Shown: in pieces, positions 1 to 12,599 of the stretch
Layout: every line of letters begins with the position of its first letter
Position numbering within the stretch: position 1 is the first letter of the stretch
Assembly: GCF_036321535.1 (NCBI RefSeq)
Contig: NC_087437.1
Location: forward strand, 66,094,001 to 66,158,000
Source of the DNA: Camelus dromedarius
Lineage: Eukaryota
Reading direction: 5' to 3'
Length of the DNA stretch: 64,000 nucleotides
Position numbers and translations under genes: made by a program
Notes under the pieces: generated by a model
Database searches by the model: none
The model's input: only the letters and a program-made list of their open reading frames with translations
Told to the model about the DNA's origin: nothing

Positions 1-1241
1 AAACAACAGTAATTTTATGTTTTGTGAGATATTTTGTCTTTGTATAGTCTATGTTACAAATGACAAGATAGTATTGTACTATTTTAGCTCATGGTAACTC
101 TATAATGTTTCATTTATTACTTCCGTTTTCAGGAAACTAATACATTTTCAGGGATTGTCAGTATTGATTAACTAGTGTTATTGAATTTGTCTACTTTCCT
201 GAATTGCTCAAAATAATACACCATGAATTTTCCTTTTTAAACTATGAGTTATACTAGCTTACTACAGGATCAGAAAATTACACAGTTAATGGAGAAGTAA
301 CAGGAAAAAAATAAATAGGAATCATTGTTTCTCCTTTACTTGGATCACATCTTTTTATTTTGGTCCCTTATCTGATATACACAGAGTAGCTTGTGCCAGA
401 GGCACCTTAGGTAGAGTGAAGAGGTTGAGATTCCTCTCCAGAGAGGTGATGGGACCCCACTGCTGTGACAGCCTTCGTGGGTTAGAAATGTGCCGTATCT
501 AGCAGTAGGAGCAGCTTGAAGCCCACAACACAGCAACCTCTGCTTTCCTCTCATCTCTAGCTGTATTTTTACTTGATTGAAGGACCACTGTTCAGGAGCA
601 TTAAATTAGGAATCAGAAGAGATGAATACTAGTTTCAGTCTACCTAGCAATATATATATTGCATAAAAGCCAAGTGGGATCATTAGTGAAACAGCTTTGA
701 AGCTGTAGATTTAGAGCCTGTGGAAATGTAAGTTGGCATTTTGTTACTTTTACTTTTTCCTTCTCAGTATATAAGATCAGGGGTATCAAAAGTCATCTCC
801 TTTCTGCAACTTTTGGGTATGACAACTAATTCTTTATGATCATTATTGAAGGAGTTTTGCTTTTTGTTTGTTTGTTTCTTGACTGTAGGATAGAACCAAG
901 GGTGAACCAAGGGATGGAGAAAGGGCACTTTAGGCATCCTGTAATCTCCATCAGCCACTGTTCACCAAGTCACCCAGAGAAAACCAGCTAAGTCAACAGT
1001 GTCCTTTTAACGCTAGCTCCCTGTAAGATCAATCTCCTTGCTTTCTCTTTGCAGTCAAATTGCCATTCTTAAGATCTTCCAGTGTTTCTATAAACAGCTA
1101 TGGAAGCAACTACTACTTCTGCTTAAGATTCTCAAAAGATTCTTGAAAGACATTTCTTCAGAATGCTGGAGGAAGGGTTGAAAAGAAATCTGTGGCTCTT
1201 TGCTTTGTAATTACTTTGTACCCATTCCTTCTTCTCTCCAG

Positions 1242-1450
1242 GAGTCTACTTTGATTGCTGCGTCAGACAAATTAAATTTGTGGACTTCTGTGGGAAGTAC
1301 CGCCTCCCCCTGATGCACTACTTGTGTTCGCCAGAGTGCTCTTCCCCTTGCAGTTCTGCCTCTCACAGCTCCACCTCCCAGAGCGAGTCTGACTCAGAAG
1401 ATGAAGCTAGTGTGGCTGCACACAGAATGCAGAAAGTTCTTCTTGGTTGA
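1242..1450 (+). CDS. LRRC58: Final coding exon of leucine-rich repeat-containing protein 58 (C-terminal Cys-rich and acidic tail); upstream exons lie outside the window
   Basis: Polypyrimidine tract and acceptor ccattccttcttctctccAG ends at 1241. Manual translation (phase 1) gives (G)VYFDCCVRQIKFVDFCGKYRLPLMHYLCSPECSSPCSSASHSSTSQSESDSEDEASVAAHRMQKVLLG*, with TGA at 1448-1450. I recognise this as the LRRC58 C-terminus. Confidence 0.93.
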
Positions 1451-4400
1451 AAAGGGTGCAGGGTGGTATGAAACTCTAGAAGACTGAGAAAGGTAGTTAT
1501 AAAAGACAATAGACTTTGAGGGTTGCTAAAAGCCTTATCATCATTTGAATGTCCACGACAAGAGTGGGAAGTGGTGTAAAAGATTTTGTTTCTAGCCATT
1601 CAGCAGGAGTGAGTCCAGTTCCATGTTTTGGATTCTTTGAATGTAATTCACTCTGAATGGCAGTTTCAAATTTGGCTAACTGTTTGCAATTTTCACTCAG
1701 ATTTTGCATGAATCATATCACAGAATGGAACGTTCTGAAGAGCAGTGCTATAATAAACCATGAGTGGTATAACTTGTGGCAGTTGAGATGAAGAAAGAAA
1801 TGATCAATGCTGTAATTTTTACCAGAGTTGTCCTTGAGTTTAAGTTGAACACTATACCATAACAGGATTAGTTGCCCTTTTTTGTGTTACCCATATGTCT
1901 AGATTAGAGTTATTCAGATAAGCTCACAGATGGTTACATAGGACCTAAACCTTTCTCACCTGACTGGTAAAATAAGGTATGTAACTTTTATATGGGGTTT
2001 TAAATTCTTCAGTCTGCTTCTTTGTTCTAAATGATTATTTTTGTTACCCTTGTACAATCCAGCAATGACTGTTACAGTGCCTTAATTATAACAAGGATTT
2101 AGAATTTTATTCAAGAAATGATACCAGAGCAGCCTATAACCTGACATACTATGCAGAACACTTCAAAATATGCTTTAACAGAAGTAGGTGAACAGCTGTA
2201 TATCTGACATCTGAGCTCATGGTCACTGTAACTTCATTTTTTGTTTAAACGTGAAGTGAATCTCTATAAGCACATCACTTTTATACTTAATGGGAGGCCA
2301 CAATCCTGATAATCTGTTCATCATAAGACAGAATAATAGTTTATAATGGAAAAATCTTTCAGATTTCTTTTAACAGAAAGAAACTAAGATAGGAAAGTAT
2401 CTTTATATCTTGCATTAAAGAAGTGGGAAAATGATTTTAAAAGTTTTAAAGGTCGACTGTGACTCCTTTGCCTATGTGTACCAAATTGTAACTTCCTCTA
2501 CTTTTTAAAGGAAAACTAGAGAAATACTGCAACAGGTGAAATAAAGTTGGGCATAGCAGTCATTCTGTTGAACAATTTCCAAAACAAATTTAACCATGGA
2601 GGACTTTTTGAAAATAATACACTGATAAAATATTTTAAATGTATTAAAAATACCCTTAGAGTATAGCAGAAAAATGTTTTCACAAATTGCTGGTAGAAAC
2701 GACCAAATTTTTAACTAGTTTAGTATACAATAAAAATTGAGTAATAGTACAACTATAAGTTGATGTTATAAAAGAAAATATACAATGCGTATTAGCAACC
2801 ATTAGATAACTAATCTATAGTAACATTAACAGTTGGTAAATATTACCTATATAGTAATATGCAAGTCAGAAACACATTGGAACATCCCGATGATCTGCCC
2901 TCTGACTTTGGCATTCATGACAGGGGCACACTATTTCTTAAAAGCAGATTGCTGTATAGTAATAATATGTACATATGTTAGGTTTTTGTCATATATGTAT
3001 TTTTTATTTTAGAAGAAAATATATTGTAGGATAGTTTGTTTATTTTATGTTAATTAATTCATGAAACATCATGAGAGTTTCATGACTGCAGTTGTGAAAC
3101 GCTGCTGTAGACTGAATCCCTTCACCTTGTAGTAAGAGTCTTTTTTTCCTTCTGATCCAGAAATTTTCTGTGCCTGTAGAAGTAATCTAGTATCTTTCTA
3201 CTGCCTAGCAAAGTAGTAGGTGGGTAATTGTATTATAAAATAGAAGTAACAAAACGTCTTTGTTTACTCCTCCATTTGAGCCACAGCAAGCTACATACCA
3301 CAGATTCGTGAAAGACTTAGGCAGTGCCTAAGTGGAAGCCCAAAATGTTTTGTAAGTAAGTGACTTAGTTAAGATACATAAAGTATTTTCATAGAAAGTA
3401 AATAATGTATTCAGAGTAAAATACTCAAATTGATAGGACCAAATTTTTCTGGCTTAAATGCCTCAGTTTACTTCCTACTTCATTCCCAGTTTGATCTAAG
3501 TAGCAGCTTGGGTAATGTTCTATGAGTTAGCCTTTATGAAATAAAGGGGAAGCTATGTAAATACAGTACTAAACCTTGCCAGCTTCCCAGAAAGAAGGTA
3601 TACTGATTGATCTTTTACGGATGTAAATAGGTCCAACTGGAAGCAGTTTTTAGTCTTTGCTGTGTGATGTAGATGTATATAGCATAGTATACAGCAAAAT
3701 ATCTTTCATCAAAATGTTTGTCATGCTCTTCTATATGTTCATTTGAAAATCTCTCATCAGTAAGCAACTGTCTTTGGTGACTTTTACTGAAATCTACATT
3801 TTATCTGTTAGTTTTATCTTTTTTTTAATCTTTGACTTAACCTTTTACAAGAGCTGCTAATAATTTGTAAGCTTTTCCCTGTTTCTTTTCCCTACCTTCC
3901 CTGTTTAACTGGTGACTGTAGAAATTGACTTGGTAATCTAGAAACTAGATAATCAGTTCCAGAGTCATACAGCTGATTATGTATTTTAAATGATAGTCTC
4001 TCTAGTTGCTAAGTCACTTGTTTGTAAGTTTTTGATATTGCTACACTTGGACAATTTTAATGACCAAAACTTCTGTGGATAAAACTACTTAACCAAAGCA
4101 TTAGTGTGTTTAGAATGAAAGTCTTCAGTGCTAATATTTGGAATTGAAATGGATACACTGAACATTCTTAGTAATCTTATTCCTAGAATCCATTTCTCTC
4201 AGAGTCACCAAACTGAGTTGGTGAAATAGTCCTAGGAGTTTAGAAAATAGAAAGATTAACTAATATAATACTTTGCTTCCATGGTGCCAGGGATTGGCTG
4301 ACCTAAGGACAAGCTGTAACAGTATTGCCTATGTTTGTGTGTGGAGGTAGATCTGAGGGTTACTGTTTGTATTTTACTTCTAGATTCATGCTGGAGGGAT

Positions 4401-7165
4401 CTCTTATTCTAAAATTCTTGATATTTGGAACTTTAAGTTAACAAACTTATAAGTAGAAACTTGCATTAGAAGCTGTACCTCCAATTTGAGAAATCTTTGT
4501 GCTAATGTAAAGTTAAAAGCAGTCCGCACTAGTTCAGTGTAATACTACAGGCCAATTCTATTAAACATTGTAAATACCAATTTTAAACAAAAGAAGGCAA
4601 GGAAAGAGCTGATTGCTAGAGTGTTAAATGAAAGAAATCTCTAAAGACAACACAGGGCAGGGAAAGACACTCAGGGAGATCCCTGAGCCAAGAAAAATTT
4701 TTTAAGTTATATTGAATTGTTTTAAAATTAAGTGGCCCACTAATTACCATCTGAGTCTTTATCACTAAATTTCTTCAGTATCTGCTACTGGGCAATTATC
4801 CACATCCCTCCGTAGTGAAGGGCCAGCATGTAATAGGATTTTCTTACAGCCAACCTTGCTCTTTCCAAAGGGAGAAAGTAATACCTCATTAACCTGGAAT
4901 TTGTGGTACACCCTTGGTTAATGTTTACCTTTTCACTGTGTAAAAAAGAAAAAATACTAAACAAATAATTAGTGCAGATAAAATTTGATCTTGTAAAAAA
5001 AAAGCATTTTAGCAGTAGCTATTTATATAAAAAGTTATTCTAAATAATAAGGCCTTTTGTAGGCAGAACTTTTTATCAAATATAGTATGTGTATATAAAA
5101 TGAGTTTAAGGTGCATTTATTTAGAAATACGTAATACCCTGTTTCTTCTCATCCAAAGTAGTGATTTTGTTATGTCAGTGTAAGTATCACTTCCTATTTA
5201 GTCCAAACTAGCTTTGAAGTTATGCTGAGCATTTAACAACAGCAGAGGCTGCTGCGTAGGTTTCAGGCAACATGGTCTGTAATCCCTAGTTGTGATTTCC
5301 CTCTGTGTAGAAAAGAGGTGTTTGACCTTCACTGTTCCTGAACTAACCAGCATATTCTGTAGAATATTAATCTGATGAGTTTAATAGCATCCAATTTTGT
5401 ATTTTTATTATAGTCATGACCTTTTTAAAGGTAGCAGTGCCTTCAGTTGTGCTTAGAAAGTATATGCCTTAAATCTTCCACTCTGGACCCAAGTTTGGGG
5501 AACTGTGTCATTTAACAGGTTGTATGTGACAGCCTCGTGACCCTTTACATTTGACTTGAGGGAAAATGACTGTGATTGTGAGAGACTCCTTTCCTTAAAA
5601 CTAGGCCTAATGTCTGTGAGTTTAGGACTTCTAGAGAGGGAATTTGAGTCATGCATACTGTCACAGAAGGTCAAAGCCATAAGGGTTAGGGTCCCTGAAA
5701 TAAAGTCAGTGAACAGGTATTATTCTCTTTCATACTATTTTATAAAGAAAATATATTTGCTACCACTGAAGGATGGCAGAGGTCCCTAACCAGCTTCATA
5801 TTAATAGCATCGTGTAAAGACATTATTGCCATGAGGCCTAGCATATTTTGTGAGGGCTTTCTTTGTAATACCAGATTAAAACGGGGGTATGTTTTAAATT
5901 TTTTGTATGTAAATATCTCCATTCTTTTTCTGTCTCTACTTGGTTCGTACTTGCTAAGAATTGATGCAGAAAATAGCAGTTCAGTAACAAACATTACACA
6001 TTATTGAATACTCACAGGGTAATACTGATTTGGGTGCTACTAGACTTTTACCTAGCAGTTAACTTGTCAGTCTCAATTTATCGTAAGAGACAGTATTCTG
6101 TCTAGTAAATTCTGTCTAGTTAAAGTTTATAAGTAATGAAAGTTATTTATATACTATTAAACCAGAAAGCCGTGGCTGGAGAGACTATGTGCATTCACCA
6201 GAAGTTACTTTCTTCCTTTGACTGTGAATAAATTGGATAAAACTTATTTTATTCTTAATTCCAGTTTGGGGAAGAAACTGGGATAACGTTGACATCACTT
6301 TTGCTGGTACTACAAAAACATTGCTAAATTGGTTAATTCTTCTGTCTGCAACTGCTGTTTTAAGAGACTCTTTTCACTAATTTAAATGATTGACATTAAT
6401 GTGTTATTGAAAAGGAATATTAACCTCAGCAGTTACTTTATAACAGTCATGGAGAGATCTGTGTGCCTGCAATTGGTGTTTGTTGCATTTCTGAGCCCAC
6501 TTTGTATTCATGAGAAATAAAAATATAATAGGAGAAACACTTTAAATAACCATTATTTTAATTTTTTGCAAAGTTTGGGACTTTATCAACAAAGGATATT
6601 TGAAAATATATGAAATTTTACTTTAGTCAAATTACCTTTTATTATCTGATTTCTTAATTTTCTATATTTGAAATATTGTGAATTAGGAATATAGGCATAT
6701 AGATATTTAAAACAATGGTAACAATAAATGTAATTCAGCAACATGACTCAATAATTAAATTTTATTTTCAAGGCAAGATAAAGTTTATTGAATCAAATTT
6801 ATATATTACCTTGCAATGGTAAATGCTCTAAAAAGAATATTTAAGCTACTTCAATTCTATACCGCCTTTTTTTTTCCCCAGGACACACCAAAAAATGTGA
6901 TCTAATATGAACCCTTTGTGTGAATTTTGCCTTATCAAACATTGTGCCTTATTTTATTAAAAATGTTTTGTGGGAATCTAACTCTGTATTCTGGAAGGGT
7001 AAAAGTGTTTTAGTTTTAATTGACAAGCATTTACTTTAAAAAAAAAATCTAAAATCCTTATACTGTTGGTTTTTGCCTGATTACTTGCTCTATACCATTG
7101 CTTATCCGTTCATTGAATGTTTTCAATACATGAATAATACAGTAAACGTGTATTGGCATTTGCTC
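1451..7165 (+). other. LRRC58: Long 3' UTR of LRRC58 (3' end approximate)
   Basis: AT-rich sequence with no recognisable interspersed repeats, directly after the stop codon; repeats resume near 7.8 kb. Candidate poly(A) signals include AATAAA at 2729, 6227, 6516 and 6723, ATTAAA at 6956 and AGTAAA at 7141. The true cleavage site cannot be fixed from sequence. Confidence 0.7.
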
Positions 7166-7804
7166 TCCGTACTACATGCAAAGGATAAAAGATGAACTAG
7201 ACCAGGTTCTTTCTACTAGAGTTCCTTCTGCTTTCACAATCTTAACAGACCCATGGATGCATACTCTAAAAAGAAATTGGTGAAATGATTTGCTAATGAA
7301 GGTCAGTTAACTTCCTGCATTTAGTCCAGAATCAAACAGAGTGGTATAGGATTAACTGAGCACATTGATATTACAGTATTTTTTATTGTTTAGTACCATT
7401 ATTTTGGTGACCCTAGAACACCTGACATTTTTCTAGATTCCAGAATTTGGAAGAGTATTGTGGTTGATCATGAGTTGAGGTAAACAGAGTGGGTAAGAAA
7501 GAAACACTCTTTATAAAACAACAGATGTTTCAAATTTGCTGAAATGGAAAAAGCTCAGCTCAGAGAAAGAACACTGGATGTAGTTGATCTTCCTTTTCCT
7601 GAGGATAAAACTGCCCCCTAACCTGTCCAGTTGGGGATGTTCTTAGAACAAGTGTCAGAATAAAATTTTCTTCTTTAGTGGCTTGTCTGACTTCGTTGAT
7701 ACCAATTAGGAAGCCAGAACATTTCAGGGAGTATGAGACTTGGAACTGTCATCCATAACATCAATCATTCATTGCCAGCTTCATGAGCAATTCCATCAGC
7801 ATGC

Positions 7805-7980
7805 CCTAGAATGTTAGGGCTTGAAGAAATCTTAAAAGCCTGAAACTGACTCACTCACTTGTTGGAGAGATTAAAAAAATTTAAACCCAGAGAGACTTGT
7901 CCAAGACTTGCATGTCTGAATCTTGAATCCAAGCCTCTGGATTCCCAGGTCAATGCTGTCTCCACTAGAGTATGCTACTT
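7805..7980. mobile_element. MIR-family SINE remnant
   Basis: tagaatgttagggcttgaag...acccagagagacttgtccaag...cttgaatccaagcctctggattcccaggtcaatgct resembles the MIR core and tail. Confidence 0.55.
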
Positions 7981-8392
7981 TCTTTAGTTAATACTCTATT
8001 GTATGATAGGAAATCAATAACAGTATTGGTATGATATTGTAATTGGCCAACCAGCATCAAAGTGATGCTGTCTGCACTATATCTCACAGTGTATTCAGAA
8101 TTTAGATCTGGTGGGAAATATTAGATAAGAGTAAATATCAGGATAACTTGTTATGTTTACAAAGCACAATCAAGAACCTACCTTATTTAATTGTCATGAT
8201 GCTGTGAGGTAGGACTAGATGTGGTGAAGTTTGTTGGTGTGATTTATTTTATCACACCTTTTCCCTCCTCTGAGTTTGAAATCAACTAAGAAATTGACAT
8301 AGATTTGAGAAAGGGACCTTAATATCAGCTTTATCAAATCAGAATGAGCATCTTCTATTCTCTTTAAATTGAGTTTAACCAACCAAAATCAG

Positions 8393-8406
8393 ACGCCCCC
8401 TGCAGG
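8393..8406 (-). promoter_or_regulatory. Candidate CTCF binding motif
   Basis: Minus strand reads CCTGCAGGGGGCGT, 12/14 match to CCRSYAGRKGGCRS, with a retained CpG in otherwise CpG-poor DNA. Confidence 0.45.
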
Positions 8407-8559
8407 GTCTGTCTACCCCTAGATAAGCATTTCAAGACTGACCAGAACACACCACAGATCCAAAGGAGGTCAAGTCAAATCTTAAACCTTGTAGTGCTGC
8501 CCAATTAGTCTTTCTCCCACAGGGAGAAAAACGATGGTAGAAAGATTTCTCCTGGGAAG

Positions 8560-8735
8560 CTGTTTTCAACCCTGGTTGCGCATTAGAATCACCATGGGAG
8601 CTTTCAAAATATACAAATGCATAGGTCCCAACCCCAGAGTAATTGAGACTTGGTCTTTAGAGGTGGAGTCTGGGTATCAGTAGTTGTAGAAGCTCTCCTA
8701 CGTGACTCAGTTACTCAGCAAGTGTGATAATTCTT
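8560..8735. mobile_element. MER5-like hAT-Charlie non-autonomous DNA transposon
   Basis: tgttttcaaccctggttgcgcattagaatcaccatgggagcttt...ggtcccaaccccagag...gtggagtctgggtatcagtag is typical MER5A/B sequence. Confidence 0.65.
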
Positions 8736-8754
8736 TGGTGAAAGTCACTTCATT

Positions 8755-8960
8755 ATAACTTGAGGTCGGTGAGCTAGGGTTTTCACAGATAAAGAAATGG
8801 GCCCAAAGTGATGAAGTGACTTGCCCAAGTTCTCTTAAGAGAAATAGTGACAAAGCTGGGACTAGAATCCATTCATCTATTTTTAAAAAATTGTTTTAAT
8901 TGAATGCCTACTTTAGACCAGGCACTGATTACTAATCCAGTGTTCTTTGCTTCCCTGTCC
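8755..8960. mobile_element. MIR-family SINE remnant
   Basis: ttttcacagataaagaaatgggcccaaagtgatgaagtgacttgcccaag...aaagctgggactagaatcc matches the MIR core. Confidence 0.6.
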
Positions 8961-11900
8961 TGAACTGAAAGTATTTTGGGGATTAAGGTGGTATGTAAGT
9001 GAATTGGCATATTGAAGCCAGCTTCAAGTAAGAGTATCTGCCAAATCATGGAGCACAAAAGCGGCAAACAGTTCAGCTTGACCAGAAACATTCATGAAAG
9101 GATGGCTTGGTCAAATATTTCAGGTTAAGCCAAAGCAGGAGGTAGCCTTTCCATGAGGGAGAAAAACTGTCAAGTTATACACTCGTTCTTTTGACCACAG
9201 GTAAACAAATGGCTAACCTCCTAAGCAGCAGTGATGAGCAAGTTGATGTTACTAAGAAAGAAGAAAATGCAGACATCTGCCTAGAAGAAAACACTAGTTC
9301 ACTCAGAAACGTAGATTCCCATGATGGAAACAGTAAGAAAAGTTCAACTCAGCTATACATTTTCATAAGCACTATGTATAATTTCTACCCTAGTTCCTTT
9401 TTGATCTAACTATGAAATTATATGATTATTTTACTGCTTAAATCTGAATAATAAGGCAATCTTAAGACCTCTGTAAATATATGGAAGATTTAAATGGAAA
9501 AGTAAACTTGCTCATGATGCCATGAAAACTCATAGAAAACTTTATTAAAATGTTACTAGGGGTATTTTTTTCCTATGAGTAAAGACTAGATTTAATGTTA
9601 CTTGTGGGATTTGTGAAATAAGTAACTTCGTGGGAATTAAGCTCATTACAAATTACAGCTAAAAAGCTACTATTTTAGAATTTTGCCATTGTTAATTTTA
9701 AGCTATTTGTAACTTTGACATTGATCTCTGAGGTTCTTCCTGACTTTGAACCTACAGTTATCTGTGTTCAAAACTCCTTTCTATTTTTGCAGCTCTCAAA
9801 CATTTGTAAGTTCTTGCATCACTCACCACACCCTTTTTAGTCACATGCAGCCAGGGGCAATGTTAGTGGAGTAATGAGAATTTTGCCCCTGGATCTGCAA
9901 TTAAAATTCTACCCTTTATTTCACTTCCAAGGGTTTGTTGTAGGGAATGACAAGTCAGTAGCCAGCTTTGAAACAAACAATCTGTTTTTTATTTCTGCTG
10001 AGGGCAGCAACTCATAAAAGAAAGGCATGTGTGTAGTTGACCAATGGATAAAAATGAATCAGATGATTGCTAGTAGATGCCTATGACTTAAGCTATGGCA
10101 TAATGGTAATTACATTTTTAACTGTGGCCTGCTATCTGAATTTCTCTCTGGTTCCAAGTGATTGCACAATCAAAGATTTGGCAGTGAGAGTTTGAAAAGT
10201 CATCATCAGACCACTTTATGCAAGAGGACAACTCAACCATCAGGGTGAGAACTTCTATTTTTAAATACCATAGAGAAGATTTTACTTCTTTAGCAATTCT
10301 GAAGTTTAACAACTGTCACTAGAGGAAGTCTTTCTTAAGGTTCTGGTAATCCGTGCTAGCCAGATTGATATGAAGGCAACTTTTAAACTATTTATGTCAG
10401 CAGACAGGCACAATGATACTAGTAAGACAAAAGTATATTGCATGAGTGTGTATGCATTATATTGTTTTAGTACCTTTGTCTCCCAAATGTTGCTGCTCCC
10501 TTCCTCCGAGAACTTTCTGTCCTTTCTCTTGATCCCAAACTCCTCCCACCACCATAAAAGTCAGTGCACAAAGGAGTCATGTACTTCCAACAGTTCTTAC
10601 CTTATAAGTGTGTGTGCAACATCTATTAAGAAGAGGAAAATGAGAGGACAACAAGATCACTGTTCTCTGCAGTTGGGACACAAATACAGTAATAAAAGAA
10701 CTGGACATCAAGCTGTGATGAGTTGAGGAAAGAGGATTCTTGACAGTGAAGTTTTCAAGAAGCTTCTTGACTAGTGTTCCTGACTCAGAAGCAGCCTGAC
10801 TGGTGTGGTTACAGGAGTTGATGTATCCAGGAGGAGGAAGGAAGGACACTTGGCTGAGTGTTACTCTCAGGTAATATAATCTCTTCAAGATACCACTGAG
10901 GAGAGGAACTTGAGTTGGGTCAAATCAGTGTATACATTCAGGTAAGCCCAAATCCTTCTGCAGCTCCCTCTGCCTGCCACATACACAGATACCCCATGCA
11001 AAGATATACATATGCCCACACGCAGGCTGAAGTTCAGTCACTGGACACGGATCACAGAATGGCCTGTCACTTTCATCTGACCGTATGGCCTAGAGAGGAA
11101 TAAATGAGCTTCTAGGTGACCCTGCAGACAGCACTGGGCCCCCTGGGTGATAGGACTGATATTTTTCTCCTTTGAGAGATGCAGTGCCAAAGCCATCTTA
11201 GAGCAAAGGCCAAGTACTTGATCTGACATAAAGCAGATGTCTCTTTTCTCAGATCAAGATTTAGAGGGATCTGCTTATTATTAATGAGCCTATTACCCTG
11301 GTGAGGGTGATTTTCCTATATGTGCCCTTTAGCCCCAGGTAGCCAGCATCTAATTTGTTTTTTTTATTTAACTATGAACATCAACTCAGGATTAGGCAAT
11401 CATTCATATATTAGCAGATCCAAGAAAACAGGCCCCATGGGTGTATACCCTCATAAAATCAGGCAGTGAGGAAGGTAAGAAGGTCATGCAGATGCAAATG
11501 CCAATTTAAGAAAGCCCCTTAGCACTAAGAACCAATCTTCACAAGACAGCTGCATCGCTAAAGATTTTTGGCACTGGCACCTTGCTTTCCTTCCTTTTCT
11601 TCCTCCTCAGTCTCTCATTTTCCTCCCCTTCTTTTTCTTCCTCTTCTTCCTTCTCCTTCATCTTGATGATAGTAATGATGTGTAGGTCACAGAATTAGAC
11701 ATGGAAGACACAAGAAGTAGTCGTGCCTTCCAAGGGCTTAGTAGTTAGGAATTAGAACACTGGGAAGATGGCAATCTGAATACAGCTGTGCTCTCTTTTA
11801 ACTAGCAACTCCAATTTTTGTCAAATGGCAGCTAAGACTATGAGTGTATAAATGGAAGTGAGGCGGTGTATGAGTCCTGGAGGAAAGGAAGAGTGCCAGG

Positions 11901-12389
11901 ATCCCCCTACCAAAGGCTACAAGAGGGGCCACCATTGGAAATGCCCAGGGAAAGAGTGAACCAATAAATCTAGGGAAAACTTGTCTCTGAGTGATCTTGT
12001 GGATCCTAAAAGTGAAAATTGATTTCAGCCCTGCATGAATGTGCTGCTTTTTTCGGATCCCAAGAAGACAGGAAGGAACTGCCTTCCCTACCTCTGAGGC
12101 TGAGAGAATCTACTAAGGGTAGGGAAGAGGGCATCTTCTTCCCTGCTTCAGTAGAAGTCTTGTGGACAGCTTATCTCCACGCAATGAGCTCAAAGAGAGG
12201 AGACCACCTTGCCTTCCACCATACGGAACTGCGGCCTCGTAGGATACTCAACACCAGCCCTGAGCCCCGTTGGGTAAACAAAGGAAATAATAACATATGT
12301 AAAGGAGCTCAGTAGCAGAGAGTAAGGCCAGTCAGAATAGACAAAGCATATACCAGAAAGATACAAGTGCAGGAAAAAAGAAAGGCTTC

Positions 12390-12555
12390 TGGAGAAGGAA
12401 GGAAGGAAGGAAGGAAAGGGGGAAGGGAGAAAAAAGAGAAGGAAGGAAGGAAATAAAAAGAGACCGAGAGAGGAAGGAAGGAAAAGAAAAGAGGGAGAAA
12501 AAGAGAATGAGAAGGAGGGAAGGAGAAAGAGAAAGGTAAGAAAAAGGAAAAAAGA
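12390..12555 (+). repeat. Purine-rich (GGAA/GA) low-complexity repeat
   Basis: gaaggaaggaaggaaggaaggaaagggggaagggagaaaaaagagaaggaaggaagg... seen directly. Confidence 0.9.
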
Positions 12556-12599
12556 TTTTCCAACCTAATTGTGTGCATGAATGAAAGGAGAAAAACATC

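Noticed and set aside
1424..1447. C-terminal glycine (…KVLLG) as a CRL2 C-end degron
   Set aside because: LLG does not match the GG, RG/KG/QG, WG/PG/AG or RxxG patterns well, so there is no support beyond the terminal Gly.
1448..1475. TGA stop of LRRC58 as selenocysteine or a readthrough codon
   Set aside because: The context TGA-AAA is not the TGA-CTAG readthrough motif, another in-frame TGA follows after six codons, and I could not identify a SECIS element.
6095..6123. Short tandem duplication ATTCTGTCTAGT(T)AA in the 3' UTR
   Set aside because: Only two copies; ordinary slippage with no sign of function.
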